A stretch of 64,000 nt of DNA. Origin: Bacteroidota bacterium (GTDB lineage: Bacteria > Bacteroidota > Bacteroidia > 2-12-FULL-35-15). The DNA is taken from the NCBI GenBank assembly GCA_947479085.1, contig CANJYB010000005.1:131135-195134 (forward strand). The letters run 5' to 3'. Positions 43,352-52,545 of the stretch are shown piece after piece; within the stretch, counting starts at the first letter, position 1; every line of letters starts with the position of its first letter. The position numbers and the translations under genes are program-made. The notes beneath the pieces are model-generated. The model made no database searches, was not told where the DNA came from, and saw only the letters and a program-made list of their open reading frames with translations.

Positions 43352-44713
43352 TTGAAGAACGAATTAATAAAAAAATATAATGTAGCGGGGCCCCGTTATA
43401 CAAGTTACCCTACCGTTCCATATTGGAATACGGAAGTTCCCAAAGTGGAAGATTGGAAAGAAGCGGTAAAAAAAAGTTTTACAACCACCAATGCTACCGA
43501 TGGAATTTCCATTTATATTCATTTGCCTTTTTGCGAAAGCCTTTGCACCTACTGTGGCTGCAATACAAGGATTACAAAAAATCATGCGGTAGAAAATAAA
43601 TACATTGCTGCTTTACTGAAAGAATGGAAAATGTACCTGGAAGTATTTGAGGAAACACCAAGGATTCGCGAAATACATTTGGGTGGTGGCACACCAACTT
43701 TTTTCAGCAGTGAGAATTTAGAGAAATTAATAAATGGTATTTTATCAACCGGGATAGTTTGTGATGATGCTGCGTTTAGTTTTGAAGCACATCCGAACAA
43801 CACTACTGTGGAGCATTTGCAAACGCTGTATGATTTAGGATTCAGAAGACTGAGCCTGGGAATACAGGATTTTGATATTGCAGTGCAAACAATTGTGAAC
43901 CGTGTTCAGCCGATTGAAAATGTGGAACAGGTGGTGAACGCAGCCCGCAGCATAGGATATACCTCCATTAATTTTGATTTGATATATGGATTGCCATTGC
44001 AAACCATGTATTCTGTTATTGATACCATACATAAAGTAAATGTGTTGCGGCCCGACAGGATAGCGTTTTACAGCTATGCCCATATTCCATGGGTCAAACC
44101 CGGGCAACGAAAATTTACCGAAAAAGATTTACCGGTGGATGAAGCCAAGAGAGCTTTGTACGAAAAAGGAAAGGAGCTGTTTGAAGAGATGGGGTATGTG
44201 GAAATAGGCATGGATCATTTTGCGTTAAAGTCAGATGGCTTGTATAAGGCGGCTGAGGCCGGAAAGCTGCATCGTAATTTTATGGGTTATTCCGATTCCT
44301 ACACCGAACTGATGGTCGGGCTTGGTGTTTCTTCCATAAGCGATACCTGGAACGCTTTCGGGCAGAATGTAAAAAAGGTGGAAGAGTATTATGAACTGAT
44401 TGACAAAAATGAATTGCCGATTTTCAAAGGACATTTTCTGACCAATGAAGATGAACTGATACGAAAACATATTCTCAATATCATGTGCCGGTTCCAAACC
44501 AGCTGGCAGCAGCAGTCCGAACAATGTGATGCCGTGTTTGCTGCCATCACCCGGCTGGCAGAAATGGAAAAAGATAAGCTCGTGGTTATTACTCCTTTTC
44601 ATCTCAAGGTCACCGAAGCAGGAAGGCCTTTTATAAGGAATATCTGTATGAGTTTTGATGCCCGCCTATGGAGCAATCTTCCTCAATCTCAGATTTTCAG
44701 TTCCACTGTGTAG
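43352..44713 (+). CDS. hemN: Oxygen-independent coproporphyrinogen III oxidase
   Basis: GPRYTSYPT, YIHLPFCESLCTYCGC and HRNFMGY motifs; probable TTG start at 43352. Confidence 0.95.
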   Translation: MKNELIKKYNVAGPRYTSYPTVPYWNTEVPKVEDWKEAVKKSFTTTNATDGISIYIHLPFCESLCTYCGCNTRITKNHAVENKYIAALLKEWKMYLEVFEETPRIREIHLGGGTPTFFSSENLEKLINGILSTGIVCDDAAFSFEAHPNNTTVEHLQTLYDLGFRRLSLGIQDFDIAVQTIVNRVQPIENVEQVVNAARSIGYTSINFDLIYGLPLQTMYSVIDTIHKVNVLRPDRIAFYSYAHIPWVKPGQRKFTEKDLPVDEAKRALYEKGKELFEEMGYVEIGMDHFALKSDGLYKAAEAGKLHRNFMGYSDSYTELMVGLGVSSISDTWNAFGQNVKKVEEYYELIDKNELPIFKGHFLTNEDELIRKHILNIMCRFQTSWQQQSEQCDAVFAAITRLAEMEKDKLVVITPFHLKVTEAGRPFIRNICMSFDARLWSNLPQSQIFSSTV

Positions 44714-44934
44714 CTTTTTTTACTTCATTCCAGTCATCCTCACAGTACGTATAATAGTTAAGGCACTAGCGGTTTTCAAGGTTTAATTGCCCCACCACTA
44801 TCTCATTCGTTATTCGATAAAATTCGTTATTCGTTGAAAATTTTTTTGGGCAGACACCTCACCACTTCTCATCACCTGTCTTCCCGCCCACACGCGGTAT
44901 CTTTTTTTATCTGCCACCTCCTCCCTCCGAATCC

Positions 44935-44958
44935 GGTCACTGAGCGAAGCCGAAGTGT
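44935..44958. repeat. REP-like element GTCACTGAGCGAAGCCGAAGTG
   Basis: Resembles a dispersed repeat type I recall from Bacteroidota intergenic DNA; single copy here. Confidence 0.45.
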
Positions 44959-45132
44959 CACTTCTTCAAACCCTTACAGCCAGATAAAAAAAGGATACTT
45001 CGCGCGGGTCGGGTGCAGTGGGCTAATGTATCGCTTTGTCGCAAACTGTAATATACCTGTAAAATAAATTTCATATTTTTCCGCAGGTTTAAAAAATAAA
45101 ACCTACCAGGTTTACCATCTAACTTCACCTCT

Positions 45133-45169
45133 CCCCTCCGAACTCGCTCCTTCGCGAGTTTGGTGGTTT
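45133..45169 (+). repeat. Hairpin element; inverted copy at 46201-46237
   Basis: CCCCTCCGAACTCGCTCCTTCGCGAGTTTGGTGGTTT differs from the reverse complement of 46201-46237 at two positions. Confidence 0.85.
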
Positions 45170-45228
45170 TAGCAGTTACCTGTGTTCCACTCCTGACCTT
45201 TCACCTCTGTCAGTATGCAGAACAAATG

Positions 45229-45305
45229 TCTTTGCAGGTGTTTTTCACCTGCAAACAAACGAAATTTACTTTTCAGCCTTTGTTGGCGAAAACTACCAAC
45301 AAAGG
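45229..45305. repeat. Pair of REP hairpins of the family flanking the RAYT gene
   Basis: TTTGCAGGTG-ttttt-CACCTGCAAA and CCTTTGTTGG-cgaaaacta-CCAACAAAGG. Confidence 0.85.
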
Positions 45306-45435
45306 TTAAAACAGATTGACTTTATACTTATACGTTGGCGGTAAAATGGTCCTATATTTTCAACCAAAAAAGTGGTGAACAATAGCTTCCCCAAAAACAA
45401 TATATTTTGCAAAATGCTGATTATGTGTAACATGC

Positions 45436-45705
45436 AGTTAGGGAGCAAGCCCAAACAAGTGTCGGGAGGTTATGTCCAACAGGGAAGTAAGCCCGGACAA
45501 GTGTAGGGATTGGCTTCCTAACTGAGGATAAAGCCCGGACAAGTGTCGGGACTAACTTCCTAACTGGGGATAAAGCTCCGAAAAGTGTCTGGGCTAACTT
45601 CCTAACTGGGGATAAAGCCCCGGCAAGTGTCTGGACTAACTTCCTAACTGGGGATAAAGCTCGGACAAGTGTCGGGACTAACTTCCTTGTTGGAGATAAG
45701 GCCAA
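45436..45705. repeat. 42-bp tandem array (6 units)
   Basis: (C/A)AAGTGT at 45456, 45498, 45540, 45582, 45624 and 45666; unit TTCCTAACTGGGGATA-AAGCCCGGACAAGTGTCGGGACTAAC. Confidence 0.92.
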
Positions 45706-46038
45706 AACAAAAAAAGTAGGTTTTCAATAAAAAACAACTAGGTGTAGGAGCTCGGATTACCGAGGAATAATTATTGATTACTGATGAAAAAAATTCCTGT
45801 TCTTGCAAAAGGGTAGGCTTTTTTCGGCATTTATCGTTCGGAGAGACTTTATGTTATATCAGATAAAATTTGGTACTAACATATTGAACCAATTAAACGA
45901 TACCATATTACGAAACCTCCAAGCTTACGAAGTAGAAAGTTGGGATATGGGAGGAAGGTTTATTTGAAACTGGAAATTGGCAAGCCGCACCCGATTGTAG
46001 CGGAAAGCCCGAAGTGTGGTGGGGTAGGAAATAAAAAG

Positions 46039-46091
46039 ACACACCCCCTACCCCCTCTTGCTAACGCCAATGCCAACGCACAGAGGGGAAT
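46039..46091. repeat. CCCCT...AGAGGGG REP-like element; related element at 48928-48964
   Basis: ACACACCCCCTACCCCCTCT...AGAGGGGAAT; compare CCTCTCCCC...CCTCTCCAAAGGAGAGGGGG after asmA. Confidence 0.5.
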
Positions 46092-46200
46092 GAGCACGTG
46101 GGCGGACGGACTTGAAGCGGAAAGCGGGAAGACAGTGAACGATGAAATGAGGCGGTGTCTGCCCAAATTGAATTTGTTATTATTTTTTTATAGTGTTAGG

Positions 46201-46237
46201 AAACCTCCAAACTCGCAAAGGAGCGAGTTCGGAGGGG
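46201..46237 (-). repeat. Inverted copy of the 45133-45169 hairpin element
   Basis: AAACCTCCAAACTCGCAAAGGAGCGAGTTCGGAGGGG. Confidence 0.85.
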
Positions 46238-46272
46238 TGGATATTTGTTATTTGCTTATCTTTGCATGCACA

Positions 46273-48927
46273 ATGGATACAGAACCTGTTAGTACCCCTC
46301 CTTTAATTCCTCCTAAAAAGTCACCTCTTGTGTTTCGCATTTTGCTGCGGGTGATGATTGTGTTTTTTATTTTGGTGTTCCTGATGATTGGTGCGGGTTT
46401 TATTATTGGTATTTATTACCAGAATGAGGTGAAGGACTATGTGATAAAGGAAATGAATAAGCAGCTGAATACGGAGATAATAGTGGATGGTAAGGATATT
46501 GATTTTACGGTGATTAAAAACTTTCCGAATGCCTCGATTGATTTTAAAAATGTGAAGGTGCTGGAAGCGGTGAAACGGAAGAACAAGGATACGCTGTTTG
46601 TGGCCGGTGAGATTAGTTTGCAGTTTAATATTGTAGATGTTTTTAAAAAGAATTATCACATTAAAAAGATAGAAGTGGATGATGCGGACTTGAAAATACG
46701 GATTGATAAAAACGGGAATGACAATTATCATTTCTGGAAACCTTCGGCAGATACTGCGAACACTGCTTTTTCGTTTGCGCTGGAAGATATTGTGCTGAAG
46801 AATGTAAACTTTACTTTTAAAAATGCAAAGGCAAAACAGAGCATGGATGTGCTGATAAGGAAGAGTAACTTGTCGGGTGATTTTTCGGAGAAGAGTTATT
46901 CGCTGGAAACGGTGAGTGACCTGTTTGTGAACTATTACAGGGCAGATAGTGTGACCTACCTGAAAGAGAAAAATATTAATGCGGAAGTGGACCTGGCGGT
47001 GGATAACGAAATGCCGAGTTATAAAATAAAGAAGGGGAAAATAAAGCTGGAGAATTTACTGTTTGAGGTGGCGGGAAATGTGATAGCGGCTAATGATGAA
47101 CCGGTGCTGAACCTGGCAGTGAAGGGTAAGGATATGGATATTAAATCGGTGCTGTCGCTGATTCCGGAACGGTATAAAGGGAAAATAAATGATTATGAAA
47201 GTAATGGTGAGTTTTATTTTGATGCAACGATAAGGGGAAGCTTTGCAAACAAACAAAGTCCGCAGGTGGTTGCAGATTTTGGGATTAAGAATGCTGACAT
47301 TACGCAGGTGAAAGATAATATAGTGTTGCACCAGGTGAATCTGAAAGGACATTATGATAATGGTAATAAAACGAATCAAGAGCCTTCGAAGTTGTCGCTG
47401 GTGCCTTTTTCGGCAAGTATTAATGAGGGCTCGATAGCGGGAGAGTTGTTGCTGAATAACCTGGAGAATCCTTCGTTTAACGGAAAGATAAAAGGAGATA
47501 TCAGTTTGAACGAATTGCAGAAGTTTATAAAAATAGATACGATAGAAACGGTGACAGGTCAACTGAAAATAGATGCACATTTTACAGGTGAGGGAAAAAA
47601 TATTTCGACCGGAAATTATGATGAGGTGAGCACTTACGGGGACCTTATGATAACGGATATGAATTTGAAACTGAAAAATAATTCGTTGCCGTTTACCAAA
47701 ATTAATGGAGATTTTAAGTTTGATAATAATGATTTGGTGATTAATAATTTTACCGGAAATGCCGGCAGCAGTGATTTTGATTTGAAAGGTGTGTTTAAAA
47801 ATATGATTGGGTATTTGCTGAAAGAAAACCAGGATGTGACCATAGATGCTACTTTTATTTCGAAGAATACGGACCTGAATGAGTTGCTTGCCAATAAGGA
47901 TAAAACTCCGGAATCGAACAGTAAATATAAGTTGAGCTTTTCGGAACATATAAATGTGAACCTGAACAGCGAGATTCAACATTTGATATTCCGGAAATTT
48001 GATGCGACCAATATACAGGGAACCATAAAACTGAAAGACAAGAAACTTATTTGCGACCCGATTGTGCTTTCTACTATGGGTGGAAATATTACCACGAGCG
48101 GGCTGATAGATGGAAGTGACAGTACAAAATTATTGGTGACCTGTTTTTCGGACTTGGATAATATAAATATTTCCAAACTGTTTTATGAGTTTGAAAACTT
48201 TGGTGAAACAACTATTACGGATAAAAATATAAAAGGAATAGCAAGTGCTAAGGTTCAGTTTGCTGCTGAGCTGTCGCCTGAATTGAAAATAAATGTGGAT
48301 AAACTGTATGCAGGAGTGCATATGACGATAGAGAATGGTGAGCTGAATAATGTGGAAGCAATGAAGAGTATGTCGAGATTTATTGAATTGAAAGACCTTG
48401 AAAATATTCGTTTTGCAACGCTGAAAAACCAGGTGGAAATAAAGAACCAGGTGGTGACGATTCCAAAAATGGAAGTGAAGTCGAACGCGATAAATATTGT
48501 TGCTTCGGGAACGCATAGCTTTAATAATGATATTAATTATAAAGTAAAATTGTCGCTGAATGAGTTGCTGGCCAAGAAAGCCAGGAAGGCAAAGAAGGAG
48601 AACGATGAGTTTGGAGAAGTGGAGGATGATGGATTAGGTAGGACCAACATTTTTCTGCTGATGACCGGAACGCTGGAGCATCCTGTTATTAAATATGACT
48701 CGAAAAGTGCGATACAAAATGTGAAGCAGGATTTGAAAGTGGAGAAGCAAACATTGAAAGCGATTTTGAAAGATGAGTTTGGTATGTTTAAGAAAGATTC
48801 GACACTTTCGAAAAAGAAACCGAAAACGGAAGAAACTAAATTCAAGATTAACTGGGAGGAAGCCGATAAAAAGGAAGAAAAGAAAGAACTGAAATTGCCA
48901 AAAAAAGAAGAAGGGGAGGATTATTAA
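46273..48927 (+). CDS. AsmA-family protein
   Basis: ATG at 46273 follows a TATCTTTG promoter motif; N-terminal TM helix, long beta-rich body, C-terminal IPKMEVKSNAINIVASGTHSF. Confidence 0.88.
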   Translation: MDTEPVSTPPLIPPKKSPLVFRILLRVMIVFFILVFLMIGAGFIIGIYYQNEVKDYVIKEMNKQLNTEIIVDGKDIDFTVIKNFPNASIDFKNVKVLEAVKRKNKDTLFVAGEISLQFNIVDVFKKNYHIKKIEVDDADLKIRIDKNGNDNYHFWKPSADTANTAFSFALEDIVLKNVNFTFKNAKAKQSMDVLIRKSNLSGDFSEKSYSLETVSDLFVNYYRADSVTYLKEKNINAEVDLAVDNEMPSYKIKKGKIKLENLLFEVAGNVIAANDEPVLNLAVKGKDMDIKSVLSLIPERYKGKINDYESNGEFYFDATIRGSFANKQSPQVVADFGIKNADITQVKDNIVLHQVNLKGHYDNGNKTNQEPSKLSLVPFSASINEGSIAGELLLNNLENPSFNGKIKGDISLNELQKFIKIDTIETVTGQLKIDAHFTGEGKNISTGNYDEVSTYGDLMITDMNLKLKNNSLPFTKINGDFKFDNNDLVINNFTGNAGSSDFDLKGVFKNMIGYLLKENQDVTIDATFISKNTDLNELLANKDKTPESNSKYKLSFSEHINVNLNSEIQHLIFRKFDATNIQGTIKLKDKKLICDPIVLSTMGGNITTSGLIDGSDSTKLLVTCFSDLDNINISKLFYEFENFGETTITDKNIKGIASAKVQFAAELSPELKINVDKLYAGVHMTIENGELNNVEAMKSMSRFIELKDLENIRFATLKNQVEIKNQVVTIPKMEVKSNAINIVASGTHSFNNDINYKVKLSLNELLAKKARKAKKENDEFGEVEDDGLGRTNIFLLMTGTLEHPVIKYDSKSAIQNVKQDLKVEKQTLKAILKDEFGMFKKDSTLSKKKPKTEETKFKINWEEADKKEEKKELKLPKKEEGEDY

Positions 48928-49092
48928 CCTCTCCCCTTAATCGCCTCTCCAAAGGAGAGGGGGTAGAACTTATAAGGAAGAAATTTAATCACATACTTTG
49001 CAACTCCCTGTTTGATTTAGGGACATTGCATATTTTCAAAGGAGTTTCTATTACAACAAAAAGTATTACATTCGTATTCTTAAATTAGAAAA

Positions 49093-50595
49093 GTGAACAT
49101 TTATTCGACAAAGCAGAAGTGGAAAATAGGGTTGTTTGTTACAGCCGTAATTATAGTGGGTGTATCGTTATGGTACACCAATACGCTTGTGAGCAAAATA
49201 GCGCAGGAAGAGCGCAGGAAGGTGAAACTTTGGGCAGATGCAATTCAAAAGAAAGCCAACCTTGTAAAATATACCAACCAATTATTCGATAAAATAAAAG
49301 AGGACGAGCGCAAGAAAGTGGAATTGTGGGCGGAAGCAACAAGACAATTATCCCAGGACCTAAGCGATTATGGATTTGTGCTGAAGGTGGTTTCGGATAA
49401 TACCACTGTGCCGGTAATACTTGCAGATGAAAAAGGAAATCCCATCACCTCGAGGAATTTGGAAAAGGATAAAGAGAATGATAAGGTGTATCTGAAAGCG
49501 CAGATGGACGCCATGCAGAAAGTTCAAGAACCCATTGAAATTAATATTTACAAGGGGCAAAAGAATTTTCTTTATTACAAGGATTCAAAATTGTTTTCGG
49601 AATTAAAGAATACAATGGATGATTTAATAAAATCATTTATTTCCGAGGTGGCTGTTAATTCAGCTTCTGTGCCTGTTATTTATACCGACTCATCAAAAAT
49701 GAATGTGTTGGCTTATGGTAATGTGGATACAGCAAAAATAAAAGATGCGGCTTATTTAAAATCAACGCTTGCTGAAATGGCTTCGCAGAATCAACCCATA
49801 GAGGTGGAGTTTGGTGATGGGGGAAAGAGTTATATTTTTTACCAGGAGTCGATGTTGCTTACTCAATTAAAGTATTATCCGTATGTGATGTTCGGAATAA
49901 TAGGTTTGTTTTTATTGGTGGCCTATCTTTTATTCAGTACTGCAAGAAGAGTGGAGCAGAACCAGGTGTGGGTAGGTTTGGCGAAAGAAACGGCCCACCA
50001 GTTAGGAACCCCATTGTCCTCACTAATGGCATGGGTTGAATATTTAAAAGACAAAGGCCTGGATATGGATACGGCCACAGAAATAGATAAAGATGTAAGG
50101 CGACTGGAAACCATAACGGAACGTTTCTCAAAAATAGGTTCTGTACCCAAATTAAATTATGTGGATTTGGTGAAGGTGCTGGATGATTCTGTTATTTATA
50201 TGAAATCAAGAACTTCCAAGAATGTAACTTTTACTATCCATTCGGGAAATCAAACGGAAGTGATGGCACAACTGAATGTTCCTTTGTTTGAATGGGTGAT
50301 TGAAAATTTAATCCGAAATGCAGTGGATGCAATGAACGGACATGGTGCTATTACTATTACTCTCTCTGACCAGACACAGTTTGTATATATTGATGTAACA
50401 GATAATGGTAAAGGAATTCCGAAGTCAAAATACAAAACAGTGTTTGAGCCGGGGTATACCACTAAACAAAGAGGTTGGGGATTAGGTTTATCTCTTACCA
50501 AACGAATTATTGAAAACTACCACTCGGGAAAAATATTTGTAAAGAGCTCTGAAATTGATAAAGGCACTACGTTCAGGATTGTGTTGAACAAATAA
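49093..50595 (+). CDS. Sensor histidine kinase with a duplicated periplasmic domain
   Basis: Two TM helices, ETAHQLGTPLSSL (H box), ENLIRNAVDA, DNGKGI and GWGLGLSL motifs. Confidence 0.95.
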   Translation: MNIYSTKQKWKIGLFVTAVIIVGVSLWYTNTLVSKIAQEERRKVKLWADAIQKKANLVKYTNQLFDKIKEDERKKVELWAEATRQLSQDLSDYGFVLKVVSDNTTVPVILADEKGNPITSRNLEKDKENDKVYLKAQMDAMQKVQEPIEINIYKGQKNFLYYKDSKLFSELKNTMDDLIKSFISEVAVNSASVPVIYTDSSKMNVLAYGNVDTAKIKDAAYLKSTLAEMASQNQPIEVEFGDGGKSYIFYQESMLLTQLKYYPYVMFGIIGLFLLVAYLLFSTARRVEQNQVWVGLAKETAHQLGTPLSSLMAWVEYLKDKGLDMDTATEIDKDVRRLETITERFSKIGSVPKLNYVDLVKVLDDSVIYMKSRTSKNVTFTIHSGNQTEVMAQLNVPLFEWVIENLIRNAVDAMNGHGAITITLSDQTQFVYIDVTDNGKGIPKSKYKTVFEPGYTTKQRGWGLGLSLTKRIIENYHSGKIFVKSSEIDKGTTFRIVLNK

Positions 50596-50597
50596 TA

Positions 50598-51728
50598 ATG
50601 TCCGGTATTTACATTCATATTCCTTTTTGCAAACAAGCCTGCAATTATTGCGATTTTCATTTTTCCACTTCTTTAAATAATAAGGATGCTTTTCTGAATG
50701 CCCTGAAAAAGGAAATAGAAATGCAAAAGGGGTATTTGAACGGGAATAAAATTTCAACTATTTATTTTGGAGGAGGTACACCATCCTTGTTATCTGAAAA
50801 GGAGCTCATGGACCTTTTTGAAATTCTTGACAGGAATTTTGTGATTGCACCAGATGCTGAAATAACATTAGAAGCTAATCCGGATGATTTATCGAAAGAG
50901 AAAATAAAGCAATTGAAAGCAACCCCTATTAACAGATTGAGCATTGGGATTCAAAGTTTTTATGATGAAGATTTAAAACTAATGAACCGGGCTCATAATT
51001 CAAAAGAAGCGGAAAGTGCAGTAAAAACATCTCAGGATAGTGGGTTTGGAAACATTACTATTGATTTGATTTATGGAATTCCAACATTGACTCATGCTAA
51101 CTGGAAGAGTAATTTAGCAAGTGCTTTTAACATGGATGTGAAACATATCTCAGCATATTGTTTGACGGTGGAGCCTAAAACGGTATTGGCTCACCAGGTA
51201 AAGACGGGTAAAATAAAAAATGTGGATGAGCAACAGAGTGCAGAACAATTTGAAATAATGCAGGAAGCCATGCAAAAGAATAGTTTTATTCAATACGAAA
51301 TTTCCAATTTCTGCAAAGAAGGATATTATTCTAAACACAATAGTAATTATTGGTTGAAAGAAACATATCTTGGCTTGGGGCCTTCTGCACATTCGTATAA
51401 CGGAAACAGCAGGCAATGGAATATTTCGAATAATCCGTTATACATTCAAGCGATTGAAAAAGGAGTGTTGAATTTTGAGAAAGAAGAACTGACTCTTCAC
51501 CAACGATATAATGAATACATTCTTACATCCCTAAGAACCATGTGGGGAGCAGATTTGAATTATATTGAAACTGCATTCGGTAGAGATTATGTAACACATG
51601 GTTTAAAGGAAGTGGAAAAATATTTGGAGACCGGAAAGGTGTTACATCAGGAAAATAAATTAATTTTATCAGATAACGGAAAGTTGTTTGCGGATAAAAT
51701 AGCAAGCGATATTTTTATAACAGAATAA
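50598..51728 (+). CDS. hemW: Radical SAM heme chaperone HemW
   Basis: YIHIPFCKQACNYCDF, GGGTPS and YEISNF..HNSNYW motifs; lacks the HemN N-terminal extension. Confidence 0.93.
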   Translation: MSGIYIHIPFCKQACNYCDFHFSTSLNNKDAFLNALKKEIEMQKGYLNGNKISTIYFGGGTPSLLSEKELMDLFEILDRNFVIAPDAEITLEANPDDLSKEKIKQLKATPINRLSIGIQSFYDEDLKLMNRAHNSKEAESAVKTSQDSGFGNITIDLIYGIPTLTHANWKSNLASAFNMDVKHISAYCLTVEPKTVLAHQVKTGKIKNVDEQQSAEQFEIMQEAMQKNSFIQYEISNFCKEGYYSKHNSNYWLKETYLGLGPSAHSYNGNSRQWNISNNPLYIQAIEKGVLNFEKEELTLHQRYNEYILTSLRTMWGADLNYIETAFGRDYVTHGLKEVEKYLETGKVLHQENKLILSDNGKLFADKIASDIFITE

Positions 51729-51729
51729 C

Positions 51730-52488
51730 ATGGTTGCAAAAATTACACATAAAGGAAAATCATATAACCTGGACTTATCAAAGCCAATTGATATTTCAAT
51801 TCCATTGCGGACAGGTAAGGAAAATGTAAATGCCTGGTATGTTAACCCGATGTCGATAGAACCTGTGAGAATGGGTGACTGGATAGGGGATGTAAAGCAA
51901 GGAGGGTCAGTAAATTTCAGAAACATTATGTTTAATCCGCATGGAAACGGGACGCATACGGAATGTGTGGGGCATATCAGTAAGGAAGATTTTACCATTA
52001 ATCAATCATTAAAAAAGTTTTTCTTTCTGGCAGAAGTGATTACAGTTTTACCGGATGAAACAGCAGATGGAGATAAAATAATTACAAAGCAACATATTGA
52101 AAATTGCCTGGGTGATAAACGCCCTGAAGCAATTGTTATCCGCACACTGGATAACCATATTTCAAAAATAAACCGGCAATACTCTAATACTAACCCGCCT
52201 TATCTTCATCAAGAAGCTGCGGAATTAATTGATGCGCTTGGCATAGACCATTTGCTCATTGATTTACCTTCAGTAGATAAAGAAGTGGATGGAGGGAAAT
52301 TACTGGCTCATCATGCTTTCTGGCAATATCCGCACAATACCAAACAGGAACGAACCATAACAGAGATGATATATGTTCCTAATTCTATTTTTGACGGAAC
52401 TTATTTGTTGAATATCCAGATTGCAAGTTTTGAAAACGATGCTTCTCCAAGCAAGCCGGTTTTGTTCCAGTTAAACATTGCCTTATAA
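51730..52488 (+). CDS. Cyclase family / kynurenine formamidase-like hydrolase
   Basis: HGNGTHTECVGH, IDLPSVD and ENDASPSKP motifs. Confidence 0.88.
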   Translation: MVAKITHKGKSYNLDLSKPIDISIPLRTGKENVNAWYVNPMSIEPVRMGDWIGDVKQGGSVNFRNIMFNPHGNGTHTECVGHISKEDFTINQSLKKFFFLAEVITVLPDETADGDKIITKQHIENCLGDKRPEAIVIRTLDNHISKINRQYSNTNPPYLHQEAAELIDALGIDHLLIDLPSVDKEVDGGKLLAHHAFWQYPHNTKQERTITEMIYVPNSIFDGTYLLNIQIASFENDASPSKPVLFQLNIAL

Positions 52489-52493
52489 ACAAA

Positions 52494-52522
52494 GCAGCCC
52501 GATGAAAAATCATCAGGCTGCC
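52494..52522. terminator. Hairpin between convergent genes
   Basis: GCAGCC(C)GATG-aaaaat-CATCAGGCTGC. Confidence 0.6.
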
Positions 52523-52545
52523 CTCACTACCAACTAAACAAAAAA

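Noticed and set aside
45940..46272. 111-aa N-terminal extension of AsmA in the ORF track
   Set aside because: It runs through repeat elements; a TATCTTTG promoter motif and the ATG at 46273 fit better.
44714..46272. oriC
   Set aside because: I saw no DnaA-box cluster or clear unwinding element, and the skew looks local. A genome-wide skew analysis would be needed.
47056..47982. 308-aa antisense ORF within asmA (also 46321-46731 and 48130-48516)
   Set aside because: Its composition is unnatural (rich in I, Q, H, F). It is explained by asmA's codon bias depleting antisense stops.
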